A DNA stretch of 24,891 bases from Octopus sinensis (lineage: Eukaryota): positions 1 to 24,891 of the forward strand of contig NW_021836319.1 in NCBI RefSeq assembly GCF_006345805.1, read 5' to 3'. The notes beneath the pieces were generated by a model that did no database searches, was not told where the DNA came from, and worked only from the letters and a program-made list of their open reading frames with translations. Shown piece after piece: positions 10,511 through 19,950 of this stretch. Position 1 is the stretch's first letter; each line of letters opens with the position of its first letter. The position numbers were made by a program, and so were the translations under genes.

Positions 10511-10780
10511 TTATATTTTAACAAAATAAATGTAGATAACAAGAGTGGTTTGGAAGCAATCTTGGAATAATTGCAACGTAGGTATCAAATTAGCAAAAAT
10601 AACAAACAAAAAAAAAAGCCTCTGTGTAGCTAAAACTAGCTTCTAAGCATCTCTCAAATCGCATCCAGCCATATTATAAGAGAAAGACACTTTGGACAGT
10701 CTATTATTGAATTTACAGAAAGAGAGGGTGATCATAATGGAATTTCCCTTATCAGCGATCTGCTTCGTCAATGATGAATT

Positions 10781-11098
10781 CATCATCATCATCATCATTT
10801 AGCGTCCGTTTTCCATGCTAGCATGGGTTGGACGGTTTAACTGGGATCTGTGAAGCCGGAAGGCTTCATCAGGCCCAGTCAGATTTGGCAGTGTTTCTAC
10901 GGCTGGATGCCCTTCCTAACGCCAACCACTCCTCGAGTGTAGTGGGTGTTTTTTACGTGCCACCTACACAGGTGCCAGACAGAGCTGGCAAATGGCCACG
11001 GACGGATGGTGCTTTTACGTGTCACCAGCACGGGGGCCAGCTGAGGCTGGCAACGAACACGAACGGATGGTGCTTTTACATGCCACCGACACGGGGCC
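10781..11098 (-). mobile_element. RTE-like LINE 3'UTR / tail repeat with (GAT)n end
   Basis: Reverse complement of 19951-20260; CCATGCTAGCATGG palindrome near the tail; ~60-bp internal tandem repeats. Confidence 0.8.
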
Positions 11099-11184
11099 GT
11101 AGTAAAATAACTGTGACAACAACAGCAACAATATGGACTTAAGCCTAAAATTCTTTATAGAAATCCAATCAATTGCTTGTATGC

Positions 11185-11320
11185 AACATCATCATTATAT
11201 TTATAATTGTTGTCACTCTAACATTATGATCATTATCATGATTATGATCATCATGATCATCATGATTATCATCATCATCATCATTATAGTCATTATCATC
11301 ACCATCATTGTCAACCTTTC
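11185..11320. repeat. (ATC/ATT/ATG)n microsatellite
   Basis: Seen directly. Confidence 0.85.
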
Positions 11321-11604
11321 TCTCTGCTTTTCCAAACTGGCATAGATTGGGTGGATTTTCAGAGCAGTGCTTTTATGGCCGGTTGCTTTTCCTGTCACCA
11401 ACCTTTCCAATCACAATGTGTGGTTAACCTATTCTAAATCTGGGATACTCATGCTAAAATATCAGAAATCAAATATCAAATCTGATATCAGATATCAAAT
11501 GATTTTTATATGCAAAACTCCATAACCTGTTAAATAATTGCACTTAACTTTTTTTTTTTGTAATTTAAGATACATTTACTTTCTTTACATGTTCACTGAT
11601 TACA

Positions 11605-11798
11605 CTTTACTCTTTTACTATGGCCATGCTGGAGCACCACCTTTAGTCAAGCAAATCGACCCCAGGACTTTGTAAGCCTAGTACTTATTATATCGGGCTC
11701 TTTTGCTGAACCACTAAGTTACGGGGACGTAAACACACCAGCATCGGTTGTCAAGCAATGTTTGGGGGGGACACACACAAACACAGACACAAACATAT

Positions 11799-11849
<51 letters not shown>

Positions 11850-12014
11850 CAACAGGCTTCTTTCAATTTCCGTCTACCAAATCCACTCACAAGGCTTTGA
11901 TCAGCCTGAGGCTATAGTAGAAGACACTTTCCCAAGGTGGCATGCAGTGGGACTGAACCCAGAACCATGTGGTTCATAAGCAAGCTTCTTACTACACAGC
12001 CACTCCTACGCCTA
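11605..12014 (-). mobile_element. SINE-A, full length
   Basis: Reverse complement of SINE-A head, body and tail. Confidence 0.9.
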
Positions 12015-12170
12015 TTTAATAAAATTTTAAAAGGTTCAAAATTAAAAAAAAAATTTGATTGAAAAAAGACTACAACAGTATAAAAACAGCTATATTGCAA
12101 TCATTTAAAACCTTTTACTTATCTTTTATTGGCCATGCTGGGGCACTACCTTGAAGGGTTTAGATCAGTG

Positions 12171-12356
12171 GTAGAGTTCTATATTTAAGAGATGAGGAGT
12201 TACGTACATTAATTACATTTGAAGGATATTTGTCTTCAACTTATTTGTTGTTAACACATTTCGAGTGATATACCCTCCAGCCTTCATCAGATGTCTCGGG
12301 GAAATTTCAAATCTGGGTTCCCATTCCTAAGGTATTTGATATTATTATTATTATTA

Positions 12357-12387
<31 letters not shown>

Positions 12388-12433
12388 GTTATTATTATTG
12401 TTATTATTATTGTTATTATTGTTATTATTGTTG

Positions 12434-12468
<35 letters not shown>

Positions 12469-12656
12469 GTTATTATTATTATTATCATTATTATTATTAT
12501 TCAGGTCACTGCCTAGAATCGAACTCGGAATCTTGGGGTTAGTATTCTGCGCGCTTAACCGCTACACCTTATGTCCTGAAGAAGGGCCAAAACATTGTGT
12601 TAACAACAAACAAGATGAGCACAAATATCAATCAAATGTAAATAATGTAAATAATG
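12171..12656 (-). mobile_element. tRNA-headed non-autonomous retroelement with Penelope-type hammerhead tail and inverted terminal arm
   Basis: tRNA-like head 12576-12501 (box A TGTAGCGGTTAA, box B GAGTTCGATTC), (TAA)n, CTGATGA..GAAA motif; inverted arms ~12205-12290 and 12576-12656; 10-bp TSD TAGATCAGTG (12161-12170, 12657-12666). Confidence 0.7.
12253..12295 (-). ncRNA. Degenerate type I minimal hammerhead ribozyme motif
   Basis: GACAT-CTGATGA-A-GGCTG-GAGGGTATAT-CACTC-GAAA-TGTGTT; second decayed copy on + at 12576-12601. Confidence 0.5.
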
Positions 12657-12858
12657 TAGATCAGTGTTCTACCCTGGGTCCTTATGGCCCTTGCAGGCCC
12701 ACATAAGATTTCGTTGTTAAAATTTATCAGCCATAAACTGGTTATACTTCTAAAATGCACAAAATGTTAAAAATTTTTTTTATACAATTCCAAATGATAT
12801 TTAATTATAAAAATACAATAGGGTGTTTTTTTGTACACATCCAATAGGTATGCAGGTT

Positions 12859-13425
12859 CATCATCATCATCATCATCATCATTTAATGCCCGTTTTCCAC
12901 TCTAGTTTGATTTGGCAGTGTTTCTACAGCTGGATGCCTTTCCTAATGCCAACCACTCCGTGAGTGTTTTTTACATGCCACCGGCACAGGGGCCAGAGCG
13001 GGCTGGCAAATGGCCACGATCGGTTGGTGCTTTTACGTGTCACTGACATGGACACCAGTCAGGCGATGCTGGCATCTGCCACATTCAGATGGTGCTTTTT
13101 AAGTGTCACCGGCATGGGTATCTTAACTACAATTTCCATTTGATTTTTATTTTGATGTTGGTACTGATGTTCTTGACTCAATAGGTCTCCTCAAGAACAG
13201 CAGGTCACTCTACGATCCAAGGTTAGCACAGCAGGCCGTCCTGTGAGCCATGAACTCGCTTCATTTGTTGGGTCTTCACAGTCACAGCATATCTCAGGGG
13301 TCTCGGTCTTCGTCATTTCCTCTGTGAGGCCCTATGTGCCACCAGCATGACTATTTTTATTTTGATGTTGATGAACTTAACACAATAGGTCTCCTCAAGC
13401 GCAGCAGGCCGTCCTGCAAGCCAGG
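12859..13425 (-). mobile_element. 5'-truncated RTE-like LINE: degenerate ORF2 end, long 3'UTR, (GAT)n tail
   Basis: With two frameshifts 13332-13255 reads GLTEEMT-DRD-(W)RYAVTVKTQQ; the tail matches 10781-11098; 13327-13425 repeats an internal part. Confidence 0.6.
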
Positions 13426-13624
13426 AATTAAGGGGTCCCTATGCAAAAAATGGTTGAGAACCGCTGGTTTAGATGAAGAAATTGACTCCAGAATTTATTT
13501 TTAAGCTTGGTACTTATACTGTTGGTCGCTTTGGCAGAGCTGCAGAGCTACCAGGATGTAAACAAACCAACGTTGGTTATCAAGCAGTGTTGGCAAACAT
13601 AACATACACATAAATACACACACA

Positions 13625-13833
13625 CACACATATACATACACACACCACTGTTGGACAACCAGTGCTGGTTTATTTACATCCTTATAACTTAGTAGTTCAG
13701 TAAAAGAAACCAATAGAGTAGTTACTAAACTTTAAAAAAGTATGTACTGGGTTCGATTTGGCTCATTAAAACCGTTCAAGGTGGTGCTCTAGCATGGCCA
13801 CAAGCCAATGACAAAACCAAGTCAAACATAAAA
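13625..13833 (+). mobile_element. SINE-A 3' half, diverged
   Basis: ..gacaaccagtgctggtt..ggtggtgctctagcatggccac.. Confidence 0.7.
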
Positions 13834-13859
13834 GTTGGAAAATCTGAAAATATTCTGAT

Positions 13860-14111
13860 AGGTGCAGGAGTGACTGTGTGGTAAATAGCCTGCTTACCAA
13901 CCACATGGTTCCGGGTTCAGTCCCACTGCATGGCACCTTGGGCAAGTGTCTTCTACTATAGCCTTGGGCCGACCAAAGCCTTGTGAGTAGATTTGGTAAA
14001 TGGAAACTGAAAGAAGCCTGTTGTATATATATATGCGTGTGTGTATGTGTGTGTGTATTATATATATATTTGTATATATATGTATTTGTATATATATATA
14101 TAATATATATT

Positions 14112-14158
<47 letters not shown>

Positions 14159-14384
14159 GTGTGTGTGTATATGTTTGTGTGTCTGTTTGTCCTCCCAACA
14201 TCGCTTGACAACAGATGGTGGTGTGTTTACGTCCTCGTAACTTAGCGGTTCAGCAAAAGAGCCCAATAGAATAAGTACTAGGCTTACAAAGAATAAGTCC
14301 TGGGGTCGATTTGCTCGACTAAAGGCGGTGCTCCAGCATGGCCACAGTCAAATGACTGAAACAAGTAAAAAAGTAAAGAGAGTA
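13860..14384 (+). mobile_element. SINE-A, full length with expanded (TA/TG)n
   Basis: Head, body and tail match the other SINE-A copies. Confidence 0.9.
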
Positions 14385-14471
14385 TATGAATCTGTGCAAA
14401 GTTTTAATACTTCCTGAGAAAGTATTTTTGAGTCAAAAACTTGTTTCACACTTAAAAACTTAAAAGTTTCA

Positions 14472-14740
14472 CTAGAGGGCAGCGCCTGCGTGAGCCCGTA
14501 CAGTAGACTCGGCAGGTAGTACTGCTGCAACAACAGGAACTTCTGCCGGGGCTTCAGCGCGGCTCGGCATAGTTCGTCTAAACATCGCGAAACTGTTTCG
14601 ATCGACGCATCCCTATTCTTCGTCGACCATGGACGAACCCTTAGTCCAAGGTACGACGTGCTATCGTCAGGCTCGATTTTGGGCAGAGGACAACCGCCGA
14701 GTTTCAGGGGCGGTGTCACATTCCTGGACGAGCCCAAGGA
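14472..14740 (-). mobile_element. R2-like (RLE-clade) non-LTR retrotransposon RT fragment
   Basis: LKLGGCPLPKIEPDDSTSYLGLRVRPW...LDELCRAALKPRQKFLLLQQYYLPSLLYGL fits the R2 RT C-terminal pattern (YLG ... APLKPQQR..L...IP); GC/CpG-rich; frame open for about 90 codons. Confidence 0.8.
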
Positions 14741-14742
14741 GT

Positions 14743-14806
14743 TTCAGCGGTGGTGCCCCAGCATGGCCGCGGCCTTCGGGCTAAAACATTTTTAAGGATT
14801 TAAGGA
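14743..14806 (+). mobile_element. CR1-group LINE 3' tail only
   Basis: Near-identical to 601-660, with (TTTAAGGA)2. Confidence 0.85.
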
Positions 14807-14879
14807 ATTAATTAGTTGAAAAAAAAAATGATTTTGGCAAATAAAAGGCATAGAAAAAAAAAGATAATTTTCAGGGTCT

Positions 14880-15209
14880 GCAAATATTATTGTAATGTCC
14901 AGTAACCTGATATACAGGAATTGGCATCCTGTCAAAAACCATATTCTTGATTAGTTATTAAATTAAGTTGTGCATGGTGGTGATGAAGGTGGTGATGGTG
15001 ATGGTGATGGTGGTGGGGTGGGTAAGAATGGGGAATGGACGGGGTGTGGTGAGGGGGGGAGATGGAAGGTCGGGTTAACTTTTCGTGTTGTTTGAAATTC
15101 CTTAAATAGAATTTTCTTCTTCCCACCAATATTTTGAAGAATATTTCGTGTATCTGTTCCGTGAGTTATTAACTCCAGTCATGGGGATATCCTTGTAAAT
15201 AAGATAAAA
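14880..15209 (+). repeat. Local duplicated block, copy 1 (copy 2 at 22030-22373)
   Basis: Direct repeat ~7.15 kb apart; about 90% identical in the 5' part and 82/82 identical in the core. Confidence 0.9.
15110..15160 (+). CDS. Candidate 51-nt exon (copy 1)
   Basis: T-rich tract then aaatAG; GTGAGT donor; reads (E)FSSSHQYFEEYFVYLF or NFLLPTNILKNISCICS. Confidence 0.45.
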
Positions 15210-15475
15210 TGCATGTATGTATGTATGTATGTGTGTGGGGGGTATCTATGAATGAAAGTATGTACAAGCATGTGTGTCTGTGCATGCATGTCTATGCATA
15301 TATGTGGGTATGTATATCTCAGTATGTGATGTGTGTGTCTATATATGCAGATATGTACCCATGTATAAAGATAAAAAACATGTATGAAATCATGTATGTA
15401 TGTATATACACACATTTACATTTTTTTCATACATATGTTCATATATAGATACATACATACTTAAGTCATACTCAC

Positions 15476-15956
15476 ACAAACACACACATATACATACACA
15501 TATATATATATATATGCATACATACATACACACATACATACATACATACATACATACATACATACATACATACATACATACATGCATGCATACATACATA
15601 CATACATACATACATACATACATACATACATACATGCATACATACATACATACATACATACATGCATGCATGCATGCATGCATACATACATACATACATA
15701 CATACATACATACATACATACATACATGCATGCATGCATGCATACATACATACATACATACATACATACATGCATGCATGCATGCATACATACATACATA
15801 CATACATACATACATACATACACACATACATACATACATACATACACACACACATACATACATATACATACATACATACATACATACATACATACATACA
15901 TACATACATACATACATACATACATACATACATACACACATACATACATACATACA

Positions 15957-15987
<31 letters not shown>
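15476..15987. repeat. ~510-bp (CATA)n/(CATG)n microsatellite
   Basis: Seen directly. Confidence 0.95.
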
Positions 15988-15988
<1 letters not shown>

Positions 15989-16677
15989 AACAAAAACAAA
16001 ACACAAATCTGCAGAAGCACTGACTCCAAATACTGCACATATATATATACACATACATATGCAAAAATACCCTGCCATTGTTGTTGAAATTCCAATGGAA
16101 TCTTGAACCTAGGTTAGAAACCATTTCTTTCTCTATTGGCAAGAAGTGATGGGTTATACATTCTTCAGGTAAGGTTTCCAACCAGGTGGCTCACATCTCT
16201 ATGGAAAAGGGCCGGCCATCAAAAATATTCTTGCATCAAGACTCACAGAAACACTGCTTGACATCTTACTATAATGGGAGTTATGTCTGTCTGTCTGTCT
16301 GTTCCCTTTTCACAGTCAAATAGCTGGACCGATGGTCATGATGTTTTTCGGGATTATGAAGGAATTAATCAGGAAGGTTTTTAGCACCTGTTCCAACTTA
16401 CCCTGATTACTTTATTTTCTTTCATTAATAAGAACTTTAATGAGACTTTAAAAATTTGGTAAAACTTTATTAAACTCCTTCCACCGCTCTCACCTGAGAC
16501 ATTTTTACTATATCTATGTTACAGTTGTTATTATGTTGGTATTTCCACTTCTTTAATACACTCAAATAACTGGTTAGAAAACCTGGGAACTCAAAACTAT
16601 CTCTTAGTAAGTCATAAGGAGTTCATTTTAATCCTTCAGGATTCAAATTACTCTGTCAAATGTAATGCTTATTTTTA

Positions 16678-17151
16678 TAGTGGCTGCCCCCTCTTTATCG
16701 AGTATGGCCATTGCACGAAGCTTAATCAATGTTGTTATCATGCAATGCCTGTGCAAGATTTTTTTTAAAGTGAGGAAAGGCTGTGCACTGAGTCAATCAC
16801 ACTCACTAAGCAACAGCAGCCATAATCCGAAAAGAAGAACAAGTCAACATCATCGGTAACCCCTGAGCCGCAGGTTTTATGTCGGAGTTATCCCAGTTAC
16901 CTGAGTTACCTTCCCCTAGAAGGATGCCCTGACAAAGGCTAGGAGTCCTTCACTCCCAATAGTTTAACCGCGCGATCGGGCATTCTTTCCGATTATTTCT
17001 ATGTCCCCGAGCATGATACAGCCTTAAGACATTGATTGGATGGCTGTTGACTCTCAAGAGTTCCTCCGTCCTTTGACGGGTTTTGTTTTTCATCCCGCAG
17101 GGTTTCCAATAAACACCCTCTTCACCAAGCAAGCTTGGTGGGATTGCCGGT
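16678..17151 (-). mobile_element. Short non-autonomous RTE-dependent retroelement (474 bp)
   Basis: 9-bp TSD TTATTTTTA; 3' 45 nt match the RTE at 7826-7870 at 43/45; no RT ORF; RTE 5'UTR-like GGGCATCCTTCTAGGGGAAGG motif. Confidence 0.75.
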
Positions 17152-17298
17152 TTATTTTTACATGTTGTTGTATTAATTGTACATTATCTCATAGCTTTGA
17201 TATTTCGAGGATGTAATTGTTTATTTTTAGAATAACTTTGTAAGATAGGTGTGACAGGTTGGATCTGGCCAGTTTAAACATAGAAAAGTAGAATATTT

Positions 17299-17716
17299 AG
17301 GTGCAGGAGTGGCTGAGTGGTAAGTAGCTTGCTTACCAACCATATGGTTCCGGGTTCAGTCCCACTGCATGGCACCTTGGGCAAGTGTCTTCTACTATAG
17401 CCTCGGGCCAACCAAAGCCTTGTGAGTGGATTTGGTGGACAGAAACTGAAAGAAGCCCGTCATGTATATATGTGTGTGTGTGTGTGTGTGTGTATGTTTG
17501 TGTGTCTTTGTTTGTCCCCCCTAACATCGCTTGACAACCAATGCTGGTGTGTTTATGTCCCTGTAACTTAGCGGTTTGGCAAAAGAGACTAATAGAATAA
17601 ATATTAGGCTTACAAAGAATAAGTCCTGTGGTCAATTTGCTCGATTAAAGGCAGTGCTCCAGCATGGCTGCAGTCAAATGACTGAAACTAGTAAAAGAGT
17701 AAAAGAGTAAAGAGTA
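17299..17716 (+). mobile_element. SINE-A, full length, nested
   Basis: Matches other copies; imperfect TSD agaatattt / agagtattt. Confidence 0.9.
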
Positions 17717-17846
17717 TTTGGGACAAATACAACTGGTTTAATTCTTTAGTATTCAAATTATACTTTCAAATATTTGAGCTGAATTTGGCCAGTTTAAATG
17801 CTAAAGGGTTAAATGCACTTTTAAAAAAAAAAAAAATTTCTAACAT

Positions 17847-18090
17847 AGGCGCAGGAGTGGCTGTGTGGTAAGTAGCTTGCTAACCAACCCATGGTTCCGG
17901 GTTCAGTCCCCTGTGGTGGCATCTTGGGCAAGTGTCTTCTGCTATAGCCCCGGGCCGACCAATGCCTGTGAGTGGATTTGGTAAACGTAAACTGAAAGAA
18001 GCCTGTCGTATATATGTATATATATATATAATACATATATATATTAATAATTAGGGCTTAAATTGATATAATTTTTACCCTCAATTGTTG

Positions 18091-18153
<63 letters not shown>

Positions 18154-18352
18154 TGTGTTTGTCCCCCTAGCATTGCTTGACAACTGATGCTGGTGTGTTT
18201 ACGTCCCCGTCACTTAGCGGTTCAGCAAAAAGAGACCGATAGAATAAGTACTGGGCTTACAAAAGATTAAGTCCTGGGGTCGATTTGCTCGACTAAAGGT
18301 GGTGCTCCAGCATGGCCGCAGTCAAATGACTGAAACAAGTAAAAGAGCAAAA
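17847..18352 (+). mobile_element. SINE-A, full length with extra sequence in the microsatellite
   Basis: Head 17847-18010, ~45 bp unrelated insert, body and tail to 18352. Confidence 0.88.
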
Positions 18353-18731
18353 GGGAGATATATACAGAACGCAACATATAAACGAAGTAAGTATTGCTGT
18401 ACAGAGTAGCAGAGTGTAGGGATTACTGACACTTGTCAAATTAACTTTATCTTTGTCTCAGCTGACAGGTGTATTCATCCACTCCAGCATTGTTCCTCAG
18501 CAGCATTCATTGAATTACATGCAAATTTACCAGAGAAAGCTCAAATAAATGTGAAAACTTGTAAATTGCCACTTTGGAAAGAAAATAGCTACCTATACAT
18601 TATACAATGTCTGCCTCAGATTTTAAGACTGAATGTGATTCAAATTTTTCCTACAGATATGCAGGATTTTTTCTGCTATTCTTTTTTCCCTTCTTTTTTT
18701 TTTTTTTTTTTGATTTCCTTTCTTTTACCAG

Positions 18732-18785
18732 TTTGGTCTGGTGGAAGAGATTGGACCCATGGCTTTCACAGGTGCTCTGAGAGGG
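18732..18785 (+). CDS. Candidate 54-nt exon of unidentified gene
   Basis: Long polypyrimidine tract plus ccAG; GTAAGT donor; reads FGLVEEIGPMAFTGALRG (phase 0) or WSGGRDWTHGFHRCSER. Confidence 0.55.
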
Positions 18786-19055
18786 GTAAGTTGAATGTAA
18801 TTCAAAGGAGATTTGGTTGCTATATCTTATAGGGGTGAGTAAAAGGTTACCTCAAGGACTTCATCACTGATGTGAACTTTGACCAGGCTTTGAGCAAAAC
18901 CATGGAAAACTATGGAACAGTAGAGCCAACCAAAACAAACATCCTACTTTTATCAGTACTAGCAATCTCATGCCCCGCACTCTGAAACTTTTATTTTCTT
19001 CCATTCTTTTTCTGTCTTGTACTTCAGTTGGTAATGCCACTAGTGCTGGTTTCAC

Positions 19056-19710
19056 AGAAGAAAGCACCCAGGTGGTGAGCTGGCAGAATCGTTAGCATGC
19101 CGGGCGAAATGCATAGCCGTATTTCGTCTGCCGTTACGTTCTGAGTTCAAATCCCATCGAGGTTGACTTTGCCTTTCATCCTTTCGGGGTCGATTAAATA
19201 AGTACCAGTTACACACTGGAGTCGATATAATAAACTTAATCTGTTTGTCTGTCCTTGTGTGTCCCCTCTGTGTGTAGCCCCTTGTGGGCAGTAAAGAAAT
19301 AAGAAACGTTAGCATGCCAGGCAAAATGCCTAGCGGTACTTCATCTGCCGTTATGTTCTGAGTTCAAATTCCGCCGAGGTCGACTTTGCTTTTCATCCTT
19401 TTGGGGTCGATAAATTAAGTACCAGCTACGCACTGGAGTCGATGTAATCGACTTTATCCTTTTGTCTGTCCTTGTTTGTCCCCTCTATGTTTAGTCCCTT
19501 GTGGGCAATAAAGAAATAAGAAGAAAGCACCCAGTGCACACTATAGAGTGGGTGTTGTGTTAGGAAGGGCATCCAGCATGGAAAACATGCCAAAGCTGAC
19601 ATTGCATCCTGATGGAGTTCTGTAGTTAATTGGATTCTGTCAAACCGTCCAATCCATGCCAGCATAGAAAAACAGATGTTAAATAATGGTGATGATAATG
19701 CTGAGGATGA
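19056..19710 (+). mobile_element. RTE-tail-type repeat, split by a SINE dimer
   Basis: aaagcacccag..ttaggaagggcatccagc..caaaccgtccaatccatgccagcat..(GAT)n; related to 23330-23505. Confidence 0.65.
19072..19518 (+). mobile_element. Head-to-tail SINE-B dimer
   Basis: Unit 1 19072-19301, unit 2 19302-19518 lacks the extreme 5' head; one 16-bp TSD AGAAGAAAGCACCCAG (19056-19071, 19519-19534). Confidence 0.88.
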
Positions 19711-19950
19711 TGTTTAGCATTAGGGATCCTCTAATTCTTTTGAAGGTATGATAATGACCATAATAATGATTTTGATAATGATAACAACATTAGGAACCAC
19801 AATGATGTGAATAACGATTGGATTATAAGATAACTTAAGACTTAGTTTAATGTTAGTTCTTGAATTCCTTTACCATAGTTCACTCTGCTGCAAATATTTA
19901 AATCAGACCAAACTAGACCAGACATCATGTCCAAATTTTTCCTACATATT

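Larger units (their letters stand above)
12166..13466. mobile_element. hAT-like MITE holding two nested retroelements
   Basis: Ends CAGTG.. and ..GAGAACCGCTG; identical 8-bp TSD GTTTAGAT at 12158-12165 and 13467-13474. Confidence 0.75.
12113..13625 (-). mobile_element. SINE-A 3' half split by nested insertions
   Basis: ..ggccatgctggggcactaccttgaagg|gtttagat (to 12165) resumes at 13467 gtttagat gaagaaattgactccag... Confidence 0.7.
16632..17808. mobile_element. piggyBac-like MITE(s) with two nested retroposons
   Basis: TTAA-TCCTTCAGGATTCAAATTACTC.. left end, ..AATGCTAAAGGG-TTAA right end; body resumes after each insertion. Confidence 0.65.

Noticed and set aside
9060-10529. 489-aa Ile/Val-rich and 461-aa Met/Arg-rich ORFs
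   Set aside because: Frames of a trinucleotide array with implausible composition; only the Asp-rich frame is kept as a lead.
12501-12576. Possible tRNA gene
   Set aside because: Acceptor stem does not pair and it is fused to a repeat body; a SINE head. The same applies to SINE-A and SINE-B heads.
14880-14972. 5 of 9 differences from copy 2 are A/G, suggesting an edited RNA origin
   Set aside because: Too few sites, transitions are expected, and the duplication includes intron-like sequence.
15179-16181. Long MYVC/HTYI ORFs on both strands
   Set aside because: Translations of (CATA)n/(CATG)n microsatellite; same for the CV/TH ORFs at 5796-6215, 20967-21719 and 22265-22749.
18551-18832. 93-aa ORF spanning the 54-nt exon in another frame
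   Set aside because: Runs through a poly-T tract that differs by a frameshifting length between the two copies.
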